Part shown: positions 31,964 to 41,700 of the stretch, piece by piece | Layout of the letters: every line of letters begins with the position of its first letter | Position numbering within the stretch: position 1 is the first letter of the stretch | Assembly (NCBI GenBank): GCA_027622905.1 | Contig: JAQBVV010000002.1 | Coordinates: 1 to 60,731, forward strand | DNA from: Acidobacteriota bacterium | Lineage (GTDB): Bacteria > Acidobacteriota > Vicinamibacteria > Vicinamibacterales > UBA2999 | Direction: 5' to 3' | DNA length: 60,731 bases | Translations under genes and position numbers: made by a program | The notes under the pieces: model-generated | The model's input: only the letters and a program-made list of their open reading frames with translations | Told to the model about the DNA's origin: nothing | Database searches by the model: none

Positions 31964-32224
31964 GTGGACTTCAACGGTCAGAAATGGATGGGCTAGCCAG
32001 GGTATTTCACGAGTCCGGACAGAACCGTCATCGAACGCATTACCCGGGTGGGCAACACGCTCACGCTTGAAGCGACGATCACCGACGAGAGCCTGCTCCT
32101 CCAGCCATGGTCGAAGGTCTTTGACACCGCGGAGTTCAACGACACCCCGCAAGGTGAACTTGAAGAGCCGCTGTCGTGCCTGGAACGAGACATCGAGAGC
32201 ATGGCCACGCGGGAGCGCGGTTAG
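31964..32224 (+). pseudogene. 3' fragment of a paralogue of protein X, with internal TAG
   Basis: Translates to VDFNGQKWMG*PGYFTSPDRTVIERITRVGNTLTLEATITDESLLLQPWSKVFDTAEFNDTPQGELEEPLSCLERDIESMATRERG. It is collinear with the last ~86 aa of X. It has no start, an internal stop at 31994-31996, and a terminal TAG supplied at the E1 copy B junction. Confidence 0.85.
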
Positions 32225-32382
32225 GACCCGGGCAGGAATAACTTGCTCGTCGTGGCCACCGATGCATCCCACCGGGCTGCGTTGCTCTTCGCTTGCATAC
32301 GCCGAGTATGCGCGCTCTTCGCGCCTTGCCGGGTGGGCGCCTCGACGCCCACGATGATCAACTTATTCCTGCCCGGGTCCTA
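32222..32382 (+). mobile_element. E1 palindromic MITE, copy B (coordinates include flanking TA)
   Basis: Identical to copy A over 157 bp, same orientation, flanked by TA on both sides. Confidence 0.85.
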
Positions 32383-32392
32383 AGGGCTCGGA

Positions 32393-33142
32393 TCAGAGAC
32401 CGTCGAGGGCGGCCTGGGCCTCGGCTGAGTACAGCGAGGTCGGGTATTCATCGACAATCTGCGCGAACACTCTGTTCGCTTCTTCCGCATTGCCGCTCGC
32501 CTGATAGACCTTGCCCAGTTCGATCAAGACGGCATCTTTCGGCAGCTGTTCGTCAGGGCTGGACGCCAGCGCCGTCCAGGTCTCGATAGCCGCATCAAGC
32601 TGCCCCGCGCGGGTTTGCGCGTCGGCCGTGCCCATCATGGCCATGCGGCCGTACAGCCTGTCGCTACCCGTACGATCAATGACCTCTCGAAACGCGTCGA
32701 TCGCTTCCGTGTGCCGGCCAAGATTCGACAGCGACGACGCGTAGAGGTATCGGGCTGTCACTCCCGCCTCGGTGTTTGGAAAGGCCTCAGCCGCGGCCCT
32801 GAGCCGTGGCAGCGCGTCCGCCAACTTCGCCTGTTCAGTGGCGTACGAGCCGGTCGCGCCGATCGTGGCCGCCGCAGGTACCTCACCCGGATTTCCGGCG
32901 TCTGCCGTGGCCGGAACAACGGGCGCATTGAAGATGATCAGGGCGTCGGCCAGCAGTTGTTCCGCGCGCACATCGTCTTGCCGTTGCCACGCGGAGATCC
33001 CCGCAACGATCGCCGCGATGGCGACCACGGCCAGGAGGATGGAGGCGACCTCTCCCTTGCGGGCCACGAGCCGTTCCCGTGCGGCGGCGATCGTGTTCGC
33101 CAGCTCGTTCTCTTTTAGGTGATGTCGTTGAGCTCGTTTCAT
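32393..33142 (-). CDS. Membrane-anchored TPR-repeat protein (YfgM-like)
   Basis: N-terminal charged segment plus TM (ILLAVVAIAAIVAGISAW), followed by TPR-like Ala/Leu/Tyr-rich helices. Confidence 0.65.
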   Translation of the reverse strand: MKRAQRHHLKENELANTIAAARERLVARKGEVASILLAVVAIAAIVAGISAWQRQDDVRAEQLLADALIIFNAPVVPATADAGNPGEVPAAATIGATGSYATEQAKLADALPRLRAAAEAFPNTEAGVTARYLYASSLSNLGRHTEAIDAFREVIDRTGSDRLYGRMAMMGTADAQTRAGQLDAAIETWTALASSPDEQLPKDAVLIELGKVYQASGNAEEANRVFAQIVDEYPTSLYSAEAQAALDGL

Positions 33143-33235
33143 GTCCGTCGTCCCACGCTATCCGATCCGATCGATCCATCCGCACTCACGAGGTAACTCC
33201 GGCCCCCCGCTTCTCGACGCCCAGTTCCCCTGCGG

Positions 33236-33312
<77 letters not shown>

Positions 33313-33363
33313 CGTCGCCGTATGTTACCAGCAGGCACGGCAGGTTCGCCTGCGCTCGGGCTG

Positions 33364-33876
33364 CTAGTACTGGAGTACAGAGAAAATATTCTGGCCGCCG
33401 AGTTTTGCCCTGCCATCGAGTCCCTTGAGTTCGATCAGAAAGGCGAGCGCGTGAAGGTCGCCGCCGAGGGACTGCACCAGCGCAGCGGCTGCGGCTGCGG
33501 TGCCTCCAGTCGCCAGTACGTCATCCACGATGAGCACGCATTGCCCATTGTCAACGGCGTCGGCGTGGATCTGCAGCGCATCCTGACCGTACTCCAGGTT
33601 GTAGCTCTCCGTGCGCGTCTCGGCCGGCAGCTTGCCGGGTTTTCGAATCGGGATAAACCCCGCACCGAGCCGCTCAGCCACAGGAGCGCCGAGAATGAAC
33701 CCGCGGCTCTCGATTCCGATCACGACGTCGATGCCCTTGCCGGAGAAGGGGGCAGCGAGTTGTTCGATCGTCGCTGCGAGTCCGGCGGGATCCCGCAGGA
33801 GGGTCGTGATGTCGTAAAACAGGATGCCCGTCTTCGGGAAGTCGGGCACCTCCCGAATGTGCTTTTTCAGATCCAT
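33364..33876 (-). CDS. apt: Adenine phosphoribosyltransferase
   Basis: 170 aa. N-terminal IREVPDFPKTGILFYDIT and PRPP motif VLIVDDVLATGGT. Confidence 0.9.
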   Translation of the reverse strand: MDLKKHIREVPDFPKTGILFYDITTLLRDPAGLAATIEQLAAPFSGKGIDVVIGIESRGFILGAPVAERLGAGFIPIRKPGKLPAETRTESYNLEYGQDALQIHADAVDNGQCVLIVDDVLATGGTAAAAAALVQSLGGDLHALAFLIELKGLDGRAKLGGQNIFSVLQY

Positions 33877-33918
33877 GCCACTCCGGTCGTGTTTGTAGGT
33901 GATGGGGCCACGAGACGA

Positions 33919-34191
33919 CTACCCGATCACAAAATTTGTATACGCGCCGCTGGGCGCCTCCGCTTCAACGCTTACATCGAGAACGCGTGCACCACGCGGG
34001 CCTGTTCGGATGGCGCGCTCCACCCGATCGATGGCCGCCCCCTCCCCCTCCACGTACACGTCCACGCGACCATCGGGCATGTTGCGAACCCACCCTGTGA
34101 CGCCCTCTCGCATGGCAGTGTCCTGCGTGAAGTACCGGAATCCAACGCCCTGGACGTGGCCACTGACAATCAGCCGACGTGCCACACGCAT
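33919..34191 (-). CDS. acyP: Acylphosphatase
   Basis: 90 aa with signature VSGHVQGVGFRYF and GWVRN. Confidence 0.85.
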   Translation of the reverse strand: MRVARRLIVSGHVQGVGFRYFTQDTAMREGVTGWVRNMPDGRVDVYVEGEGAAIDRVERAIRTGPRGARVLDVSVEAEAPSGAYTNFVIG

Positions 34192-34509
34192 GCTTGTCCT
34201 CGTAGATGCTGACTATTGCCGGAGGCGGAGCAACGGCGAATTATACCCGGTCGTCGCCGGATTCATCTCCTGTCAGCGCACCTACGGCCACAGCCTTCGA
34301 ATCAGGAGTCTTGAAAACAGACGGTGGCACCCGCGCAAGAACCCTGGCGATCAAGGTCCGCGCGGGGCGCCCGCGCGTCTCGCGCGAGTTTCAGAAGTGC
34401 CTGGTTCGTGCAATCCGCGTCAGGTGCCCGCCGGACTTTCACCACGGGCTGCTTGGCCGGATACGGCACTTTCCGGTTCTTCGAACCTTGAATCGGTGAT
34501 AATAGCCGG

Positions 34510-34944
34510 ATGGCATACCCTGAATCGTTTGTGGCGCCGATGCGTGAAGAACTCGCCCGTCTCGGTGTTGAGGAGTTACGCACGGCGGAAGCTGTGGACG
34601 CGGCAGTGAAGAGCTCCGACGGCACGCTGCTGGTCGTTGTGAATTCGATCTGCGGATGCGCGGCGGGCAAGGCGCGGCCCGGTATCGCGCTGGCATTGGA
34701 GCACCCGGTCCGGCCCGATCGGGTGGCCACGGTGTTTGCGGGCGCTGACCTGGAGGCCACGGATCGCGCGCGCGGCTATTTCACCGGCTATGCACCGTCG
34801 TCGCCGTCCATCGGACTGTTGAGGGACGGTCAGCTGGTGTGGATGCTGGAGCGGCGGCAGATCGAGAATCAGGGACCGGAGCAGATCGCGACCGCACTTA
34901 CTGCGGCGTTCGACAAGTTCTGCGTCGCCGCGACAACGACGTAA
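34510..34944 (+). CDS. Bacilliredoxin (BrxA/BrxB, YphP/YqiW family)
   Basis: 144 aa with CGC redox motif in VVVNSICGCAAG, and overall similarity to the DUF1094/bacilliredoxin pattern. Confidence 0.7.
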   Translation: MAYPESFVAPMREELARLGVEELRTAEAVDAAVKSSDGTLLVVVNSICGCAAGKARPGIALALEHPVRPDRVATVFAGADLEATDRARGYFTGYAPSSPSIGLLRDGQLVWMLERRQIENQGPEQIATALTAAFDKFCVAATTT

Positions 34945-34986
34945 GGCGCTCGCCGGCGGGTGTGCGCCAGGGAGGGCAGGTCGGCG

Positions 34987-35550
34987 CTAGCGGAGGAATG
35001 TAAACTTCGCCTGTCCTGACGTGCCACTTCCCCACGGCCAGAGGAACGCACCGTTGCTCGGGCGCGCTGATGCGCTGATGCGAACGTAGTACTCACGGTT
35101 CGGCACGAGGCGTGACGTGCGAAACAGGGGCAGTCGCTCGAAACTGGTCATCAGCTTCCGCACCGTGGCTTCGTTCTCCGTGAGGCTGGTGCTTTCGACC
35201 CTGCCGTCAAGCACTCTCACCACGCTGTGCAAACGCGTGAGATTGTCGTATTCCACGCTGTTGGTGATTACGGCAGTCTCGATGGTTCGGTCCACCCATG
35301 CGGGCACTTCAAGACGCAGGTCCACGATATAGGTGAACGTGGTTTTCAGGCCACTGCGGACGGCGTCCCGCACCTCCTCGGTGAAGCCGTCGGCCAGTTC
35401 GAACGTGACCAGGACCTGATCGTCCCTGACGAGCGGCACGATGCGGAGGCCCTCCGCAGCGGCGAGTGTCACCGCGAGGGAGGCAAGCGCGATGAGGCAG
35501 GCGACGGCCTGCTTCAGCGAACGTGGCACGGATGTATACCTGTGTCCCAT
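34987..35550 (-). CDS. DUF4390-like exported protein
   Basis: Start chosen at MGHRYTS. Signal-anchor (CLIALASLAVTLAAA). Pattern ...TFTYIVDLR...VEYDNLTRLH... resembles DUF4390. The tracked 315-aa ORF N-extension was discarded. Confidence 0.5.
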   Translation of the reverse strand: MGHRYTSVPRSLKQAVACLIALASLAVTLAAAEGLRIVPLVRDDQVLVTFELADGFTEEVRDAVRSGLKTTFTYIVDLRLEVPAWVDRTIETAVITNSVEYDNLTRLHSVVRVLDGRVESTSLTENEATVRKLMTSFERLPLFRTSRLVPNREYYVRISASARPSNGAFLWPWGSGTSGQAKFTFLR

Positions 35551-35622
35551 AACAGCACGGTCTGAATTGAGACCCACTGTAGCATGATTCCCCTCCGCCC
35601 GATGTAAGATTCCAGGTCTGCT

Positions 35623-36672
35623 ATGCGCGTATTGATGGTTGCACTTGTCGTTGTGCTGGCGCTTGGGGCCTTTGGTTCCACGACCGAGGCCCAAGACAGC
35701 CTGCCCGTGTCGCTCTTTGAGCGGTACATCGAGTCGCTCCGTCGGCAGACCGGGATTCCAGGGCTGTCGGCGGCCATCGTCCAGGATGGGCGGGTGGCAT
35801 GGGAGAAGGGCTTCGGGTACCAGGATGTCGGTGGTCTTGTCGCTGCGACCCCCGATACGCCCTACCCGATCGGGGACCTGTCGCAGACCCTGTCGGCGAC
35901 GCTTCTGCTTCATCGGTGCGTGGAGCGAAGCCATATGGACATCTCAGACGATGTACGTCGCTGGGACCCGAGTGTCGGAGCTGGCGGCACGACGATCGGG
36001 CAGTTGCTGTCGCACACGTCGCCTTCTGGAGATTTCAATTACGACCCGGCGCGTTTCGCGGGCCTGACGGCTGTTGTGGAGCAGTGTGCCGGTGGCGCGT
36101 ATCCGCAGCTGGTTGCCGACCAGTTGCTCGACTTCCTGGGTATGTCCCAATCCGTCCCTGGCGCTGACCTGGGCGATCCGTCGTCGGCCAACCGAGGGTG
36201 GTTCTCGTCGGGCGCCCTCGATCGCTACGCTGCGGTGCTCGGTCGGCAGGCTCTGCCATACCGCATCGACAGCCGCGGACGCCCGACTCGCGGCGACGCC
36301 GCGCTCGACGCGCTCGACGCGTCGACAGGAATCGTTTCCACCGTCAGGGATCTGGCCCGTTTCGACGCGGCACTGGACGACGGAACCCTCCTGGACGCGG
36401 CCACTCGAAGCGGTGCGTGGACGCGGGTCGCCTCGGGTCAGATGGGGCTCGGATGGTTCGTCCAGGACGCCCGGGGTGAGCGGATCGTCTGGCACTTCGG
36501 CTTGACCAGAGACGCCTACTCGTCGCTGGTGATCAAGGTGCCGGCTCGCCGCCTGACGCTCATTCTCCTTGCGAACAGTGACGGGCTCGTGGGGCCACCC
36601 TACAACCTCTCGAATGGCAGCCTGACCTCAAACTTGTTTGCCAGCGTGTTTCTCAGTCTATTCGTCGGCTGA
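35623..36672 (+). CDS. Beta-lactamase-fold (serine hydrolase family) protein with degenerate catalytic motifs
   Basis: Signal peptide. Class-C/transpeptidase-like layout, but SxxK reads SQTL, YxN reads YDP, and HTG reads HFG. Confidence 0.65.
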   Translation: MRVLMVALVVVLALGAFGSTTEAQDSLPVSLFERYIESLRRQTGIPGLSAAIVQDGRVAWEKGFGYQDVGGLVAATPDTPYPIGDLSQTLSATLLLHRCVERSHMDISDDVRRWDPSVGAGGTTIGQLLSHTSPSGDFNYDPARFAGLTAVVEQCAGGAYPQLVADQLLDFLGMSQSVPGADLGDPSSANRGWFSSGALDRYAAVLGRQALPYRIDSRGRPTRGDAALDALDASTGIVSTVRDLARFDAALDDGTLLDAATRSGAWTRVASGQMGLGWFVQDARGERIVWHFGLTRDAYSSLVIKVPARRLTLILLANSDGLVGPPYNLSNGSLTSNLFASVFLSLFVG

Positions 36673-37265
36673 TGGCGCGGCGGCTCGCGGTCGCCCTCCT
36701 GCTCCTTCTGTGCGCTCCGCCAGCCGCGGCCCACGCAGAGTGGCAGTTGACTCCATATCTGGGAAGCGCATTCGCCGCTGAAACCCAGCTTCTCGTCTTC
36801 GAAGAAGGACTGCGTCGACGGCTGACGCTCGGCGCGTCTGTCTCGCTCATGAACGACGGCCTTGTCGGTCTTGAGGTGGACGTCGGTCACACGCCGCGGG
36901 TGTTTGAAGGCGACGATCCGCTGGGACTGGTGCTGTCGAGCCGCGTGACCACGTATAGCGGCAACGTGCTTCTCGCGGCGCCGCTGGCTGTGACGCGGGA
37001 ATCGCTACGTCCGTACCTCGTGCTGGGACTGGGACTGATGCAGGCGCGCAGCACTCACGCCGCGGGGCTCCTTCCTGTCCACGAGAATCTACTCGCGATG
37101 AACGTCGGCGTCGGTGCGACCGGTTTTCTCACTGACCGAACGGGCCTTCGTTTCGACCTTCGACACTTCAGGGGGCTCGGCGCAGCGGATGCAATTCCCA
37201 CGCGCTCAGATGCTTCGCGCCTGAGTTTCTGGCGGGCCTCCGTTGGAGTGACCCTTCGCTATTGA
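36672..37265 (+). CDS. Small outer-membrane beta-barrel protein
   Basis: Signal peptide (LLLLLCAPPAAAHA), alternating beta-strand pattern, C-terminal aromatic residue (...VGVTLRY). Confidence 0.55.
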   Translation: MARRLAVALLLLLCAPPAAAHAEWQLTPYLGSAFAAETQLLVFEEGLRRRLTLGASVSLMNDGLVGLEVDVGHTPRVFEGDDPLGLVLSSRVTTYSGNVLLAAPLAVTRESLRPYLVLGLGLMQARSTHAAGLLPVHENLLAMNVGVGATGFLTDRTGLRFDLRHFRGLGAADAIPTRSDASRLSFWRASVGVTLRY

Positions 37266-37332
37266 TCCTGAGGACGAAACTCGGCGTCCACGGTGGCGCA
37301 CCCGCACGGGCGGTCGCCGTCGTCTCGGGCGC

Positions 37333-38733
37333 TCAGGGAAACTGCCCCGTTGCGACGAGGAGTTCCAGTTGCGCACGCCGGACGGCGTCTTCAGCGATCG
37401 CGGCGGATGTTTCGGCGTCTCGCGCGACGCGTTGAGCATCGATGACTTCGATATTCGTGGTGGCACCTTCGCGGAAAGCCACGTCGGTGATGCGCACCAC
37501 CTCGTCCGCTTGCGCGACTGCCGCCCTGGCGTACTCGAGTGCCCGCTGCGTGGCGGCGACGGCCTCGCGCGCCGTCCGGATCTCGGAGGCGGCCTGCCGC
37601 TCGATGTTCAGGCGCGCGGCGCGGGCGATATCCACGATGGCCTGCCGCTCACGGGCCTGGCCACGACGTTGCCCCGAGTCGAAGAGCGGAACGGAAAACA
37701 GGACAGAGGCGCGCCAGGAACGCGCGTTGGCAAACAGCCCGGACGGCGCCAGCAGCGTGGGAGAAAAGAGCGCCTCCACTGACGGGAGCGAGGCCTTCCA
37801 GGAATCGTTCGCGACCCGCTCCGCGGCGAGTTGACGGCGGGCCAGCAGGCGGACATCGGCCCTCTGACTGAGCAGGCCGCTTCCCCCGATCGTCGCCTGC
37901 GCCCCTGAGACCGCGATACCACCGGTGATGGCTTCTCCGATGGCGGGAGGCACACGAAACACCGGCTCGCCGGCGGCGTCCACCGGACCGTCGGCCGCGA
38001 CCAGGACGCCCAGGGCTTCCTGGGCTCGCCGGACCGCGAGGTGCGCATCCTCGACACGGGCCTCATTTCCGGACAGTTCCTGCTGCGCCCGGAGTGCATT
38101 CAGTCGACTGCCGACGCCTCCCTCGAAGCGTTGGTTGGCGAACTCGTAGTGCGCCTGCGCGTGATCGCGCGCGCGGGTACTAAGATCGAGCACGCGCCGC
38201 TGCGCGATGATAGCCAGGTACGCCTCACCTGCCGCCACGGCGACCGCCTGGCGCGCCTCCTCTTCCTCGCTGCGCGACACGAGCACGCCGTCCTCGGCCT
38301 GGTGGCGTTCTGCCCAGCGCACTGGTGACAGCAGCGGGACGATCACCGCCGCCGATGTCACGGTTTGCGTACGCGGATTGATGCTGGCTCCGGAGAACCG
38401 TGCGACCGGGTCGATGATGTTGGTACTGAAGCTGGCCTCGACCGAGGGCAGGGACCTGGACCGGACCTGCTGAAGAACCGCCTCGGCTCGGAGAATACCG
38501 GCCGCTGCCTGCTGAATCGTCGGATGACTCGTCACCGCACGGCGCACAGCCTCGTCGAACGTCATCTGTTCAATCGTTTGTGCACGGGCGTCGATCCCAA
38601 GGCATGCCAGCGTGGCCACGCATGCGACGGCGCATCTGAGGCCGAGGATGATGCGGCGTCCTCGCGCGCGTGGCGCCCATTGGCAGCGGTGCAGACCGCT
38701 CATCGGTGTCCGGGGGCTGCGAGATTCACGCAT
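37333..38733 (-). CDS. TolC-family outer membrane efflux protein
   Basis: Two-repeat OEP pattern of long coiled helices. Last gene of the MFP-RND-OMP operon. Start overlaps the RND stop by 8 nt; exact start uncertain. Confidence 0.8.
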   Translation of the reverse strand: MRESRSPRTPMSGLHRCQWAPRARGRRIILGLRCAVACVATLACLGIDARAQTIEQMTFDEAVRRAVTSHPTIQQAAAGILRAEAVLQQVRSRSLPSVEASFSTNIIDPVARFSGASINPRTQTVTSAAVIVPLLSPVRWAERHQAEDGVLVSRSEEEEARQAVAVAAGEAYLAIIAQRRVLDLSTRARDHAQAHYEFANQRFEGGVGSRLNALRAQQELSGNEARVEDAHLAVRRAQEALGVLVAADGPVDAAGEPVFRVPPAIGEAITGGIAVSGAQATIGGSGLLSQRADVRLLARRQLAAERVANDSWKASLPSVEALFSPTLLAPSGLFANARSWRASVLFSVPLFDSGQRRGQARERQAIVDIARAARLNIERQAASEIRTAREAVAATQRALEYARAAVAQADEVVRITDVAFREGATTNIEVIDAQRVARDAETSAAIAEDAVRRAQLELLVATGQFP

Positions 38734-41700
38734 GTGCGGCCGCCTCCCTGCGTGCCTGTCGCTTTCCGGGGAACAGCGTTCGTACGATCACGTACAGCAC
38801 AGGCACGAACAACACGTTCAGAAATGTTGCGAAGAACATCCCGCCGACGACCGTTGTTCCGACGGAGTGCCGTCCCTCCTGCCCCGCCCCGGTGGCGAAG
38901 ACCAGTGGCATGACGCCGAGGATGAAGGCCAGCGACGTCATGAGAATCGGCCGCAATCGGATACGGGCCGCTTCGATCGCCGCCTCGACCAGCGGCATAC
39001 CTTTCGCACGCATCTGTTCGGCAAACTCGACGATCAGGATCGCGTTCTTGGCCGCCAGGCCTACCAGGAGCACGAGGCCGATCTGGCAGTACAGGTCGTT
39101 CTGTAACCCCCGAGCCCACTGGGCCGACAGTGCCCCGAGCACTGCCATCGGCACGCCCAGGAGCACGATGAACGGGAGGACCAGCGACTCGTACTGCGCC
39201 GCCAGCGTGAGATAGACCAGCAGCAGTCCGATGCCGAAGATGGCGAAGGATTGACCGCCGGCCTGTATTTCTTCGAGGGAGACGCCGGACCATGCGTATC
39301 CAAAACCCTGCGGCAGCGAGGCGTCAGCGAGCCGCTCCATCTCCGCCAGGGCCTCCCCGGAACTGGCACCCGGGGCGGCCGCGCCGTTGAGCTGCGCCGA
39401 CCGGAACATGTTGAAGTGGCTGATGACTTGCGGTGCCGTCGTCTCCCGGACGCTGACCACGGTCGAGAGCGGCACCATGTCTCCTGTCACCGTGCGCGCG
39501 TAGTACTGCTCGAGGTCCTGCGGGTCTGATCGGTAGGCGCGGTCAGCCTGCACGTACACCCGGTACGCCCGGTTGTTGAAGTTGAAGTCGTTGACGTACG
39601 CCGACCCGAGATAGATCTGCATGGCGCTGGTGATCTCGCCAATCGGCAGCCCGAGGCTCTGAGCCCTCTCGCGGTCGATGTCCACGGCCAACTGGGGATC
39701 ATTGGCGGTGAACCCGCTGAACAAGCCCGTCACGACGCTTGACTCCTGCGTCGCGGCGATCAGCGCCTGCGTGCTGCTACTCAGATTCTGGATGTCGCCG
39801 GCCCCGCTCTGATCCAGTACCTCCATCGTGAAGCCCCCGAACGTCCCGAGTCCATTGATCGACGGCGGCGCAAATGCGATCACAAGTCCACTTTGGATGC
39901 CAAAAAGCATGCCCCGGACGCGGGGCAGCAATCCCTGGAGACTGCTCTCCGGAGTGAGCCGTTCCTCGAACGGCTTCAGCAACGTGAAGATCATTCCCGA
40001 GTTCGGCGCGCTGCCGGCAAAGCTGAAGCCGGAGACCGAGAAGACCGACTCGACTTCCGGAATCGAGGCCATCACCTGCTCGGCTTCAATGATGACGTTT
40101 GTCGTGTACTCAAGGGAGGCTCCCGGCGGCGCCTGAATGAGCACCATGAAATACCCGGGGTCCTCTTCTGGCAGGAACGCCTGTGGCACGCGGGTATAGA
40201 CCGAGTAGGACAAGCCGAGCAGGCCGACGAACACGACAATCGTCGCCCATCGGAACCGCATCAGACCGCTGATGACCCGGACGTAGAAGCGCGTGCCTCC
40301 CTGTATCACGCGCTCGATACCACCGAAAAAGCGTCCCTGTCCAAGGGTCGCGTGCTTGAGCATGAGCGCGGACAGCGCCGGGGTCAGCGTGACGGCGTTG
40401 AACGACGAGATTGCCACCGAGAACGCGATGGTCAGCGCGAACTGCTGATAGAGGCGCCCGGTTGTGCCGGGAAAGAACGCCACTGGCACGAACACGGCGA
40501 TGAGCACCAGCGAGGTCGCGATCACGGCACTGAAGACCTCGCGCATGGCATCCAGGGCCGCCTCGGGCGGACTCAGGCCAAAGTCCTGAATGTGTCGCTC
40601 GATATTCTCGATGACCACGATGGCATCGTCGACGACGATGCCCGTGGCGAGCACAATCGCAAAGAGCGTGAGCGTGTTGATCGAAAAATCAAGCAGGTTG
40701 GCGAACGCGAAGGCGCCGACAAGCGACACCGGGATGGTGAGTGCCGGGATGAGCGTGGCGCGCCAGTTTTGCAGGAAGAGAAACATGACGATGACGACGA
40801 GGCCGATCGCTTCGAGGAGCGTCCAGACGACCTCGTTGATCGACTCTTCCACGACGGTCGTCGTGTCGAACGCCACGCGGTACGTCATGCCTGGCGGAAA
40901 CGATGCACTCAGGCGCTCCAGCGCTACGCCGACGCCCTCCCGTACGTCCAGCGCGTTGGCGGTGGGCAGGCCGATGACGGCGAAGCCAAGCGCCTCGATG
41001 CCCTGAAACCGCAGCGTAGACGAGTATGTCTCGGCACCCAGTTCCGCCCGCCCGACATCACTGAGCCGCACCAACGCGGCACCAGATCCGCCCCTGATGA
41101 TGATGTCGTCAAACTCGGAAGGCTCCGTGAGGCGGCCGGCCGCCCGGACGCTCATCTGGTACGTCTGACCGTCGCGCGCGGGCGAATCGCCTACGCTGCC
41201 GGCGGCGATATTGACGTTCTGCTCTCGGAGGGCGTTCACGACGTCGCCGGCCGTCAGGCTGCGCGCCGCCAGTCGCAGCGGGTCGAGCCACAGCCGCATC
41301 GAGTACTTCCGCTCGCCGAAGATGAGGACGTCTGCCACCCCCGGAACGCGCTTCAGCGTATCCTTCACGAAGACATCAAGGTAGTTGGAGAGGAACAGCG
41401 AGTCGTATTCCCCGCCCTCGGCGTACACGCCCGCGGCCAGGATGAAATTCGTGGCGGCCTTCTGGACTGTGATGCCGGTCTGCCGTACTTCGACGGGCAG
41501 TCGTCCGAGGGCCTGATTGACGCGGTTCTGCACATCGACAACCGCGAGGTCCTGATCGCGAGTCACGTCGAACGTGATCGTGATCTGGCTGACGCCGCTG
41601 TTGGTGCTGGCCGAGGACATGTACAGCATGCCCTCCACCCCGTTGATCGCCTGCTCGAGTGGCGTCGTGACGGCGGTCTCGACCGTCTCCGCATTGGCGC

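Noticed and set aside
34380-34470. Reverse-strand GGTGAAAGTCCGGCGGGCAC, reminiscent of the RNase P RNA (GAGGAAAGUCCGGGC) or cobalamin-riboswitch (GGUGAAA.UCC) conserved boxes.
   Set aside because: None of the other obligatory conserved regions is present: RNase P GGUAAGAGCGCACC and ACAGAACCCGGCUUA, or the B12 box GCCACUG. The gap is also too short for RNase P RNA, and the downstream gene (acyP) is not B12-related.
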